Positions 25,071 to 37,957 of a DNA stretch of 64,000 nt are shown here, one piece after another. Source of the stretch: Anolis carolinensis (lineage: Eukaryota); contig NC_085843.1 of NCBI RefSeq assembly GCF_035594765.1, positions 260,935,971 through 260,999,970 on the forward strand, given 5' to 3'. The translations under genes and the position numbers were made by a program. How positions within the stretch are numbered: position 1 is the first letter of the stretch; each line of letters opens with the position of its first letter. The notes beneath the pieces were generated by a model. That model ran no database searches and was not told the DNA's origin. It worked only from the letters and a program-made list of their open reading frames with translations.

Positions 25071-28000
25071 GTGAGTGAGAGATTTAATAAATGCTTGCTT
25101 GCTTGATTGACCCTGGCTCATAAGCTTATGGCAAATCATGCCAGGAGAGAAAATAGATCCTCCTCAATTATCCCAGGTAGGGGGGAAAGATAGGAAAAGC
25201 ACCTCTTAGTCTTGATCCCTGATCCTTTGATGTCTTTTTTAACTCCACTCTTTACAAATGTCTGGTTGTGCTGAGTGCCACAGAGAACTGTGCATGCAGT
25301 ATGCATATAACCTCAGGGCTATGATTATGAACTTCCCCAAAGGAACTTCAACACTGTTCGCTCTCTGTGTATAAATATTCCTCTTCTCTATTTATTCAGA
25401 CAAATATAGATTGGCTTTCGGCTTGAATGTGAGATCCCTGTTTCTTCACCTTTTAAATTGACATAATGTGCCCAGGCGTGGAGGCAGGAACTAGAACAGG
25501 AGTGGGGAATGAGTAGTCTTGCAGCTTTTGGTGGACTACATGCCTTGCTGGCATAGGCAATGAAGAAGGATGAAGGATGTTGCAGTCCAAAAATACCTTG
25601 AGGACCACATGTACCCTACTCTTGTGTTAACAGAGAACATGAGGCTTCCATTCTGTCCTCCCATCCTACATCTAAATATCAAAACATGTGACATGATATA
25701 GTAGTATTTTCTCCTCTCCAACCTTCCACAGAGATAAAATCTCACTAGTGGCTCCTATTAGTTCAGTGGGAAAACCAACATAATCACTGTATCCCCATGG
25801 AAACCATTTCTAAATGGCATGCCAAGCACTGGAACTATTCGTGCTGGGGAATGGGAGTTTGGCAGCATCCAACCAGGGGAGGTATTTATACCATATTGCT
25901 TTCATGGCTCTGTGCTTTCTGGTACAGGTTGGCTAAGCAAGTTTCAGTTCTTGTCTAGGGAACAAAGCTAACAGTTTGCTCATAAAGGAAAAAAATGGAA
26001 CTCATGCAAGGAAAAGCTCAGAAGCAAGAGAATGGCAAGAGGAAGGGAGATTTTTTGCAAGTGTGTGCAAATGATACTTTACTGGAAAGAAGAAGGCTCT
26101 GAAATCCTGAGACTAGGGACTTTATGGTGGATTTCATTGTGAAGATGTGCTGAGGTTGCAAGCAAAGCAGCTTTGTTAAAATGCCTGGGACTGTGGATAG
26201 GATAGTGAACATTTTTTGTGAAGTTTAATTCTGGTCCTCATATACACATTCACTCTTACTCGCACATACATTTCAAGTCAATAGCTGCATTGCCTGGCCA
26301 GAGCAAGGAGTGCCTCTTACTAGGCACTTGGCGCTTGCCTGACCAGGGCTTGCAGGCGAGCTCCGAGTGCTGAGTGCCTAGTAAGAGGTGCTCCATGCTC
26401 CGCTCAGCACTCAGCACTTAGCTGCAAGCTCTGGCAGTCACAGGCGCTTTGGGCCTGGAGGCCACACACACAATCTCTTAAAGAGGGTCTGTTTCCCTTT
26501 GTGTTGAAAAGTACAGGGGCGGGGGCTTGCTACCCATTTAAAAAGATAATGGAGCCTGAAGAAGAGCCAAGGGCTGCAAAAACAGCACCAATGTGCCATA
26601 GACTGCATTTTGCCTGTCCAAATTCAGAGACAGGAGTTTGCCCCACCAACCCCAACAACTCAAATGAATGCTGGAGAGATTCTGAGGATCAGTGAAACCC
26701 TAAAACTGTGATCCTCTAACCCTAAAACTGAGGAAAAAGGGACCGTGGGAAACCCTCCCATGTTGGCCAATGGGACAAAAATTTCATTCATTCGGACAAA
26801 AGAACAAAACAGCTCATTCGGAAAGGCCCCATTTCCAGAAGCAGCACTTGAAAACAGAAATGGGGCCATAAGACTGAAACAAACAGAAACAGATAGTGAT
26901 TCTATAAAAAAAGAATATGACTACTGTCTAATAGGTGAAAGATAAGACCATTTGATAAGAGCTTAGTCTCCTGTGATAGATGTGGAGATGAGAAACTATA
27001 GATCATATTATTTGGGATTGCCTGTCACATAGGAATGAACAGAGGTATTTTTTCTGGTTACTCTGACTAATAGACATCTCTGCTGTTGATTTGGGAGCTG
27101 TTAATTATTGTGGCTTGAGGAATCCAATATTATCTAGCACCAGATTTTTTTTGTATCCCTATAATTACTTTGGTCATTTATAATTTAGGGTTGTTGTCTC
27201 TTGAGGCTGTTGTCATAAGCAGTTAGCAGTACTATTTTACTTTAGGCTTAGGTTCCAAGTAAAAGAACAAAAGACCATGCTGGGTTTTTAAGTTTTTTTT
27301 TACATTTGTTTTTTAATCTATTGTTAATAATGTTTTGTAACTGTTTTATGATGCAGTGCTTTGGGAGTCCAAGTAGTAGAAGAACAATTAACATATTGCT
27401 TTAATGAATAATCTTGCTTTTGCAACAGCCAGCCACCTATAAAATTCCTGATAGACAAGATTTTTACCATTAACTTGCTCTCTATAATGAGCGTACTAAC
27501 TCTACTAACTCTAGAAATTAATAGCTGGAGCAGAGACCTATCTATTAGTGGTCATTAGCCTTGAAGATAGTAAGCCTCATTGCTTAATGGCAGAAGTGCC
27601 CAGCCCAGTTTAATCATACTTGATTTGCCTGTGAATTTCACTTGGCTAGCTAATGGAAGACCTAATTCTAAGCTAAGTGGATAGTTCATCTAATGCACCT
27701 TGACTTTTCTCAAACCGAGATGTTTTGTAATTATCCAAGGAATATGGCACAGTCTGCAAATTAGTAGACAACACTTTAACCTGGAATGCATATAATTTAA
27801 ATGCTAATTGGTTTCATTTGTTTCCACAAAATGTTTAAGCTTCATTGTGCCAGAGCAAGAACTCTATAAAAACAAACACCTGCAACCCTTTTTGTTGTTC
27901 CAGGGATATTGTTGCATCGGCATTCGCTGTGATTTCGAGTTACTGTGATTTCACAGACATTTTCAGAGGCCAAGAGTATTATTTATTTCCTACAGCTATT

Positions 28001-28680
28001 TTCTCTATGTTCATTTCTCATCCAAAGACTAATATGTTTTAGAAGAACTGTGCCATATATAGTATATGACTTCCCACCCGTCTCTGAGAATCCAGATTAG
28101 TCATGATCTTTCTTATTTGTAGCTTCATCTTTGTGTTGATTAATATCCATGTACTAAATTGTTGAACACATTGCAGCCCTTCAGCATAAATTGGAGCAAA
28201 TACCAATATCAATTTCTGAAAGATTACAGTGATGTGATGTTTAGTGACGGTACCCTATTGTTGTAAGGTTGAGCACTTTTGCTACAGATGGAAACGAGTG
28301 CAAATTTGCCAGACGTTGAGGAAGTCACAGAGCATAACATGTCGTGTTTCTTAGGGGGAGATATAACCTTTCTGCCCAACCAGTTGTAATGAAGAGAAAA
28401 ATAAAATGGGCTTGCAATCTTGCACGTAGTGAAGACTGAAGTTCAAAGTTAATTACAACAAGTATTGAAATCAGTGGAATTTAAACTACGTCATCTTACA
28501 CAGAAATGCAACCAGGGTATACATATAAGTTAAACATCCCTTATCCAAAATGCTTGGGATTAGACATGTCTAGGATATGTTTGGATTTTGGAATATATTC
28601 ACCAATCAGAGATAAATATATGAAATTGAGTCCAGAACCATTTTTGCACTACATAGTTATAGCACTTTAATACCACTTCA

Positions 28681-28967
28681 GGAGCCCCTGATAGCTCAGT
28701 GGGTTAAACCCTTGTGCCAGCAGGACTGTGGACTTGAAAGTTGGGTTGCTAACCTGAAGGCTGCTGGTTTGAATCCAACCCGGGGACAGCACGGATGAGC
28801 TCCTTCTATCAGCTCCAGCTCCATGTGGGGACATGAGAGAAGCCTCCCACAAGGATGCTAAAAACATCAAAAACATTCAGGTGTCCCCTGCGCAACGTCC
28901 TTGCCAATTCTCTCACACCTGAAGTGACTTGCGGTTTTTCAAGTTGCTCCTGACATGAAATAAAAAA
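28681..28967 (+). mobile_element. Anolis-type tRNA SINE nested in a Harbinger-like MITE
   Basis: full head and tail; TSD CACTTCA (28674-28680, 28968-28974). Confidence 0.88.
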
Positions 28968-30016
28968 CACTTCAACTGCTATACCTGCATCCCATAGAAT
29001 CTTGTGTTTTGTAGTTTGATGAGGTTTTAAATCTCTCTGCCAGAAATTTTTAAGTATCTGATGAACCTACAAATCCCAGGATTCAGTAGGATGTTTTCAT
29101 GGCAGTTAAAGTGAAACCTTAGCACTACACTCTTGTCGTGTGAAAGAGACAATGGTGGAAAACTCCTTTGGACCAGGTCAGAGCCATGGGGTGGAGGATC
29201 TCTTCTGCTGTCCATCCCGTAGGTTTATCTTTAGAAGTACACACACTTGGGGATTGCTATCAAGTGCATAAAGATGGGGATAGGATTCCAGCTTTACTCG
29301 GTGACTCCACTGAGTTTTCTGAGAGCTCATCAACACACACTTTCAAGCAAATTCTAGGATTGTGGATTCTCCATGTTTTCAGAGGTCCCCTAATTCCAAT
29401 ATGTGCAACTTCTAAAATGTTACTTTCTGTCTGTTTACTCAAAAAAAAAAAGGAACTGTGATACAATCAGGTGAAAACATAATTAATCAAGTGACAAAGC
29501 TAATATAACTTTCCAGCCGACATGCCAGACAACATCACTTGTGTATAAAGATGCCTGCAGTTGCTCCTGAAGAAAAATACTTTTTAAATAAACATCTTTG
29601 AATGTTTATTGGTCTATTATATAAACATTGTTCTGTCTTCCACCCATCGAATTCCCAGATTTATAACCCATTTTCAATATGTGCCTCTATCTTTGCTCCT
29701 ATAGATATGCAGGTGATTATACAATCTTGCGTGAGTCCTCGGTGACTCATCCCATTAATCCTCAGGAGGGATCATAAATAACGCATCAGGGAACAGATGA
29801 TTGATAGAGAATCTTTGTCAGCATACCCTACACATCTTTGCAGTTCCTCCTTTTCATTATAGTGACAAGTATTTACTTTTTTGGGCTTCTAAGAGTCATT
29901 ATGTGTTATGATTTGTTGTTCTTTTTATATTCTGTTATATTGTATTGTTCTGGGCATGGCCCCATGTAAGCCGCCCGAGTCCCCGTTGGGGAGATGGTGG
30001 CAGGGTATAAATAAAG

Positions 30017-30017
<1 letters not shown>

Positions 30018-30074
<57 letters not shown>
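30018..30074. repeat. (TAT)n microsatellite forming the tail of an L2-like 3' end
   Basis: seen directly. Confidence 0.9.
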
Positions 30075-30075
<1 letters not shown>

Positions 30076-32443
30076 GAAGGCAAACTGAAATGTTACCAAC
30101 ATAATGCACCCTACAACTGTCTTCTGTGTAATCCTATAAGGTAAAAATAATTGAAAGAGCAGCTGATAGCACAGCCTTATCTGTCCCATAGTAAATACCA
30201 GGCCTAGCAAGGAAGTGGACATAGGAGCACAACCTCATGGACAGTTCCTTCCTTGAACCTCAGTTTACAATTCACCTCATAAACTGCTTTTGCTGTTAGG
30301 AAGAATAATATATATTGCAGCAAAGGAATTAATATATTTGCCATTAGTGGTAGCGTGTCATGGGAAATTTAATAGTTAAAATGTAAGTGAGATAATCTGC
30401 TTTCCAACAGTTGCTTGGATAGATGAATCTCTATTTGTCGTGCATGAACTTTGTGCAAAGATAGGTGTCATTCTGTACATTCCCCAATTTGTTGCCAGTT
30501 CAGGATTGTCTCCGACTCTGAGGTTTTTGAGCTGAAGCCTCTGGTGGTATCATTAAACATTATGGATTAGGTACCTGCCACAACTGCTCACAACTTGCCA
30601 TTTAAAAATATAGGTACATGAAACATATTCTCCTGTTTGGAAAGTAAGCCAGAAATCTTAGCTAAACAGACTACTAGAACAAGGTGAAATGAAGACATTA
30701 CAATCAGCCTCATATAGCCAAAGATGCTATACCCAGAGATCCTACCATCCACAGCTTGAATTTTTTTTAATCCAAAAAGCAGAACTTGGTTTTTGCCATT
30801 TTATATAAGGGATACTATTTTACTATGCATTGCATATAATGGGACTTGAGTATCCACAGGGGGTCCTGGAATCAAAGATCCCAAAGAGCCACTGTGTTCC
30901 TTCGCTCTTATTAAAGGAGGTGGATTAAGATGCCTTAAATCTATTCCACTTGTTTCTAGCTGGAAGTTGGATCTAGGGCAAAGTGCAGGGTGAATCCTAG
31001 CATCAGAAGGACTGGGAGGGAAGGAGGAAGTTTGCATACAAATGCAATACACCTAAATCTTTGGACATTAGACCAAATTAACCTATGAAACTTTGCAGAT
31101 GTTATGACACTGCTTCTCTGCTGGCTGAACTAGAGGTCTCCACACATCTGTTTCCACTTGACTGGAGCTGAAACCACCAAAATCAGAGAATTTCCACCCA
31201 TTTCTCCTGCCTAGAGATGATCCATAGAAACTGCAGACTTATAGTCAGGCCCTGAGTGAGATCTGCCAATCCTACATGAATGAGATTTTGTTGCCTGGTT
31301 CCAGTCTTCAGCGAAAGTTTGAGAAGTGCTGTTGCAACACCCACCCTTCAGTTCTTCTTTCATAATGATCATAGTTTTCCCATCAAGTGTCATTACTAGT
31401 TGTTCCACAAATCAACACCACACTTCTTTGTGTGTCACTCCTGACAAACATAGAGGAATCCTTTGAGCAAATAGCAAGCCACGGTGGAGTGAGAGAGAGA
31501 GAGAGAGCCTTTATGTTTCACAGTGATGAAGTATTCACACTGATGGCAGTGAACGCATTACTGATTTCACAGGTTTTTTGTCAGGGCACCATTATTGTCA
31601 ATAAATATACAAAACAAGGGAGCAGGGAAGTGAGAAATGTAATAGAAATGCAAAGGGTGTTGATATAGTGATGGGGTGACAAACACAGTTGCAAAAAAGG
31701 TCATAAAGAATAGAAAGGTGTGTAACTGGTTTTGCAAACAAATATGGATAAGCAGGTAAGCATAAATATGATAGAGAAAAGGCTGTCTTGTAGTCCAAAC
31801 ATTGTTGCAAAAGAGGAGAAAGCCAATTGTGTCCAGAGAAGACCAATTGTGCACATACAACTATAATGCAAGCAAGCATATTAATATGTATAGTCTGCTA
31901 AAGAACTGACATCTCTAGTCAAACTTTGGCTGATATATTTGAATTTACAAAAATCTATTTTTTGTTTTTCTTCTTCTTTTGAAATTATTTTATGCCATAG
32001 CAGCCACTTTGAAAACAGTGACAGAATGTCCTCGAAAAATGAAATGTTTTGATACCTGTTTTTTATTTGTTACCATTTTAATGTCCTTTTATTCTTCTGA
32101 GTAGGGACTGCCCTATTTATCCTTAGTATTGGGGTATTGCTGGCAGAAGATGTCATATGTAGCATTGGAAGATGAGCAAATAAATGGAAAGAATATTAGA
32201 CCCTGATCTCCTTTCCCAGCTTCGAAAACTTGTCACACTTCAGAAACACCAGAAAATTTATTTTACTTAAAAAACAATGCCAAAACTCTCTGTCCCATAA
32301 CCAGGCCTGAAGTCAGATTGAAATGGATCTAGATAACCTGTTGTATCAAGGAATGCCTAGAATGGAAAGCTACCACTCTAGTAATGTGCTCCCAAAAGAA
32401 GAATTGGAGACTGGTTGAGAGTGCTCCAGTATGGTGGGATTTG

Positions 32444-32469
32444 GTGTGTGTGTGTGTGTGTGTGTGTGT
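32444..32469. repeat. (GT)n microsatellite
   Basis: seen directly. Confidence 0.95.
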
Positions 32470-34696
32470 AAGTAATAATGGCCTTTTAGACAAGATGGAG
32501 ACTTGTCTTGCTGTACTGAACCAGTCACTCCTCCCCTTACCCAATACACCAGGGCATGGGTCTACTATGCACATGGGGGCTCTCATTTCTCCAAGAATCC
32601 TCTACATATCAAGTTGCATAAATTGAAATGTATCCAATAATAATGGACAAGCATGGGCCAAGTTTATATCCACTGGAACTGTATCAACTATAACATGAAC
32701 ATTATACCATAGTAAATTTGGGCAATTTTATCCAGAAAGTGCTGAGCAAACTGTTTGCCATGGACTGTTGAATGTTGCATATGCTACTCTTGTGGGGCGG
32801 AATTTAAAATTCTCTTCTGCTGGACAATACTGTGCAGATGCAATGATCACAGTGATGGCAGTGAAGAAGGATTGGTATCAACAACATTGGCTTTCCAATC
32901 AACTCTATCCTGTGTTTGGTTGAACCCACTCTTCATTATTATAGTCTCCATCCTACTTGTTTCAGCAGCAGCCCTCTTGTGAACCAGGATGCTCACTTAG
33001 TTCTATTTTGTGGGATGGGACATTTAGAAACAATGATGTCAATTTCTCTGTTTTAGAGATCAGCAGAGGCTTTTACAGAATCACCTGCCAAAGCAACAGG
33101 AAACTACCCAAGATCATGAGGAAAGCCATCTGGATCCAAAGCCTCCCGGGTTGTGCCTTTTTAATCAGTACCATACTCTGAGTTCCATTGAGTCTAAAAC
33201 TCACCAAGTAGTGATCTCCCTATGACTAAAGAACTGTAAACAGTTCCTCTACACGCAAATCATCATCATCCCACTTTCACACATAAAACTAGTTTCAGAG
33301 TGTGTCCTACAGCATGGGTGGCAACAAACACTACTTGGGAAAGACCCATGGTTGTCGTGAAGGACATGAAGTCATGAGCTACTCCTGACAGAGAGGTCTC
33401 TGTATAAAGTCCCCTAGCACAACTAACAATGGGGACTCCAACACTACCACCAAGACAAACTCGGCTATCTCAAAAAAGACCATAGAGTGCGTGGTTCTCT
33501 AAAAGAATCTCCATTCTGTCCTGGCCACCCACCTCTAGATATACACATTCAAATCCAGCTGACTAGGAGACCATACATCTGGTGATGGAGCTGAAATCCC
33601 AGTGGACTACTACAACCGCACTTCCCTGCCCTTCCTGGTACTCCACTGAAAACCCAGATGGTCAAAGCAGGATAAAGGCAGACTTAATAGCTTCATCCAA
33701 ATAAGACCTTCATCCAGCTAAATGCTCATCCAAGATCAGGTCCTGGATCAATTTTTTTAAATTTATTAACTTGGCATTAAGGAAAAGTATTTTCAGCTCA
33801 GAGGACCTGTTACCAAGGTCACACTATTTGAGGTGGAGGACACCTCAACCCAACTCACCCTCCTTTATCCAAGCTTGATATGTTGTCATGCAATCTTGTA
33901 TCCACCCACTTTTTCCAACTCACCTCATTATTTATGGCTCACGTATTGAGCAAATGTAGCAGTGGGCCCTCTGCAAGCACGTTTGAAAAAATCATATCTG
34001 AAAAGAGGCCTTATAGTGGGTAAAGGGGGTGGGGGAAAATATACCTAGTGGAAGGAAAGGATAGGAAAGACTACCCCCTTTCTGTTCATAACCAAGGAGG
34101 GCAAGAAGGGGCTGAACGGCTGTAAGCATCTGTTCTTTCCCCTCACAACACCACACACATATATATGTATCAGGAAAATAGCAAAGATACTACAAAGAGC
34201 TCCACATGGTGTTTATGATAATTACACCCCTCACACTGTTGCTTCTTGGAAAACATACTTACTTGTGGCTGCTCATGTGATTTTTTGTGTGTCATGGAGA
34301 AAGCAATGTTGCTATGATTCACTGGCAGAAAAGAAGAATGTCTGTGGAAGCTGTTGTTTTCTATTGTTGAAGGGGATTATTCGTGGAATCATAAATAATA
34401 CAGGTGGGGGTTATTTGTGTGAGTTTTTAATTCTATTTTCAACAGTAACAGCATTAAATGATGCAGCTATTAATTTAGAAAACCCTGAAATAATAACTTT
34501 GGAGTGCATTTTAAATACTCCTGTCCTCAATTACTGTTTCACAGCTCAAAAAATTTACTTTTTTGTTAAGACTCCCAGACCTCCCATCAGCGTAACTATG
34601 CTGATTGGGGATTCTGGAAGCTATCGTTCATAGAAGTGAGTTTTTCAAGTTCTGGAAAAGCCCTTGTTTCCTGGATCTTGTCATGAGTTTTCCTGT

Positions 34697-34700
<4 letters not shown>

Positions 34701-34758
<58 letters not shown>

Positions 34759-34761
34759 TGT
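34701..34761. repeat. (TC)n(TG)n compound microsatellite
   Basis: seen directly. Confidence 0.95.
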
Positions 34762-34871
34762 TTGCATGGTTCGGGTTGGTCATGTTTGGCATGTTGTTCT
34801 TGCAAGTTCCATTTTTTCCTAAGGTTTTTGCAGAAAATAAAATCCCAGAGTGGGAAGTGAATGCATTGTGT

Positions 34872-36238
34872 TGTTGTCGACCGCGTTTTAGGGGATCGGG
34901 CCCTTAAGGAGAGACCCGATCCGATCCTGTGAGAACGGACCTTGGCGAAGCCAAAAGGAGAATTACGAGCCGCAATACAACCTGAAGCCGAAATGAAGAA
35001 GGTCCGCCAAAGTTGAAGGAAAATCCGCCAAGGAGTCTTTATTGAGCAGTTCAGCTGAAGAGGACTCTAGTAGCGATCATTCGGTCTACTAGGGTACCAT
35101 ACAATCAAAATAAAGCCATACTTATACAAAATTTCAGTCTGACAACCCTTTGAATTTCCCGCCCTGCTTCCCCGCCCATCTGATCGTTGATAGGCTAGAA
35201 GGTTGAACGAGGCGGGCTTTCGTTTCCCGCCTTGCTCCGTTGGCCCAATAGGAAGCTGCCTTTTGTCTCTACTCGGGCCAATCAGGAAAGAGAAGGCGGG
35301 AGTTATCGAAACAATGAGGTGACGGGACAGGAACTAGCGGATTAAGTCCTGCTAGACCGATTTCTAAAGGGTGCTTAATTTATTAATGGCAGCAATCAAG
35401 GGTGTCCGGGTTTCTGTCACGTATACAGATTTTAGATATGCCTTGGGGTGTCAGAGATGGAAGCAAAGATGGGTGGTGATGAGCCATATTGACAGGCTCT
35501 GCAGGGCGCCTTCCTGAGGTGTCCTGGTTTTTCCTTTGGGTGAGATATGACAATGTTTGCCTTGGGGCGAATCACCTTTAGGTCAGCAAACTCCGAATTC
35601 GGCGACTCAAGCCCTATATTGTCCATGCAATTTGAATTTGATTGGATTTAGCGGTGGCAGATTATCCTTTTGTTTTTGGGAAAGGAAGCCTGGGTCATAG
35701 GAAATGGGATAGGTTCTGGGGTTCAGGTTGAGTTCAAAATATTTCCTATTTGATTTCATGATTTGACAATTATATGAAATAAAATGAAAAATAAAATAAA
35801 GTTGGAATATAAACCATGCTGGGAAAAATACATATTTTCCGGGGATTCCAAAGAGTACAAATACATATAGGCAGATAGATAGATTTCATGGAAATAAGGG
35901 AGAATTCATAAAAGTGAGTTACATTTCATAAAGGGGAATCATGAATGATATAAACAATTGAAAATATTTGATAAGAACGAAGTTCATAACATCTGGAGAA
36001 CCCAGCATGGAAATTCATAAAAGTGGAGTTTTAGCAGCATGATTTTACAATTCATGAAGTTGTTATCTCTTGCCTCAGGCTAAAAGGTCAAACACCTTTT
36101 ATGCAGAGTCACAGTAAACTCCAGTAAAAAGTCTCAATCACCTTCTACTATAAATATATGGAATATAGAACATAAAGTCTTGATTTTTGAACTATCTTTT
36201 ACAAAGTCCTGGGGGGGGGGGTGGTCACCTCGATCACA
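34872..36238 (-). mobile_element. Solo LTR, about 1.37 kb (ERV1/Gypsy-like, 4-bp TSD)
   Basis: TGT...ACA termini; GTGT on both flanks (34868-34871, 36239-36242); CpG-rich segment with CCAAT and GC boxes; TATAAG (about 35121-35126) and AATAAA (35038-35043) on -. Confidence 0.75.
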
Positions 36239-36426
36239 GTGTCTCCTGAGAAGACTGGTTGGTGAAGCTGCACATAGAATTATTAGTCATTTCTCATAAG
36301 TGGTGGTCATCCCTCAAGAGTTCTTTAGCTATTTTTTTCTGCACACCCACCAATATTTCACTTGTGACTCAAACAACAACAGAATGTGATCAAAATGGGA
36401 AACATTAATGAAGAAGAACAAACTAA

Positions 36427-36549
36427 GGCCCCTTCTACACTGCCATATAAAATCCAGATTATCTGCTTCGGATTATATGGCAGTGTAGACTCATATAATC
36501 CAGTTAAAAGTAGATAATCTGGATTTTATATGGCAGTTTGGAAGGGGCC
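36427..36549. mobile_element. Palindromic PIF/Harbinger MITE
   Basis: GGCCCCTTC...GAAGGGGCC TIRs with long inverted arms; TAA/TGA flanks. Confidence 0.8.
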
Positions 36550-36843
36550 TGAGATTATCCTGTCAGATAGGGAAAATTGGAGCATCTCTTCTTGCATGGC
36601 AGGATGTTGGGCTGAAATGTTCTTACAGTCACTTCCAGCTCTATGATTACATTACAAGGGACTCTGGAAACTATTTAGTCCAAACCCCTTGCCAATGCAG
36701 GTGCTACAGCTAATTCTGTGGCTGTTCCAGTTGTGCGTAACAGTTTAGTTTCTCATTCCTATTATCTCATATTGACAATGATAGTCTGAAGTAGTTAATT
36801 ATTTTTATTGGAAGGTTAGAATGTATGAATGCAAGCACATGTA

Positions 36844-37166
36844 CAGTAGAGTCTCACTTATCCAACACTCGCTTATCCAACGTTCTGGATTATCCAACAC
36901 ATTTTTGTAGTCAATGTTTTCAATACATCATGATATTTTGGTGCTAAATTCGTAAATACAGTAATTACTACATAGCATTTCTGTGTATTGAACTACTTTT
37001 TCTGTCAAATTTGTTGTATAATATGATGTTTTGGTGCTTAATTTGTGAAATCATAACCTAATTTGATGTTTAATAGACTTTTCCTTAATGCCTCCTTATT
37101 ATCCAACATATTTGCTTATCCAACATTCTGCTGGCCCATTTATGTTGGATAAGTGAGACTCTACTG
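36844..37166. mobile_element. Tc1/mariner MITE, same family as 20069
   Basis: CAGTAGAGTCTCACTTATCCAAC TIRs; the right-hand TA is displaced to 37966-37967 by a hAT insertion. Confidence 0.9.
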
Positions 37167-37957
37167 CAGGGGTCCTCAAACTTTTTAAGCGGAGGGCCGG
37201 TTCATGGTCCCTCAGATTGTTGAGGAGCCGAATTATCATTTGGAAAAAAAACAAAAAACAAATTCCTATGCACACTGCACATATCTTATTTGTAGTATAA
37301 ACGCCGCCCCCCCCCCCCCTCAAACAACATTTATTTATTTGCTACATTTATACCCCATCCTCCCTCAACCCGAAGGGGACTCAGAGCGGCTTACAAGTTG
37401 TATGTACATACAATATATTATATTATTAGTATAGTACAATATTAGCATTATATATTAATATATTGCACTATACCACTATACTGTAATATTATTAGTAATA
37501 TTACAGTACATTTAATATATAATATATAATTTATATTATTATATTATACAATATTATTATATTGTATTATTAGCCACCCTGATTCCCCTATTGGGTGAGA
37601 AGGGTGGGGTAGAAATACTGTAATAAATAAATAAATAAGTTATTATCAATATTATATGTATACACAATATATTATATTATTACCATAGCACAATATTAGT
37701 AAATGAAAGAAAAATACAATATTTAAAAATAAAAACAGTTTTAACCAATATACTGTAAATCTTTCAGGATTTCAATGGGAAGTGTGGGCCTGCTTCTGGC
37801 CAATGAGATAGTCAAGTTAAGTAGGATTTTTATTGTTGTGTGCCTTCAAGTCATTTCATACTTTGGGCGAGTCTAAGTGTAAAACTGAGGGCGGGGGCCA
37901 GGTAAATGACCTTGGAGGGCCGCATCCGGCCCCCGGGCCTTAGTTTGGGGACCCCTG
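37167..37957. mobile_element. hAT/Charlie non-autonomous element (OC1/OposCharlie-like ends) containing two L2-like tails
   Basis: TIRs CAGGGGTCCTCAAACT / AGTTTGGGGACCCCTG; perfect 8-bp TSD CTCTACTG (37159-37166, 37958-37965). Confidence 0.88.

Noticed and set aside
18634-30222. Poly-Y, poly-N and poly-I ORFs
   Set aside because: Translations of (AAT)n/(TAT)n microsatellites
33190-33760. Possible processed pseudogene or L1/Tx1 endonuclease remnant
   Set aside because: Coding-like composition, but many stops and only vague motif similarity; needs tBLASTx/Dfam
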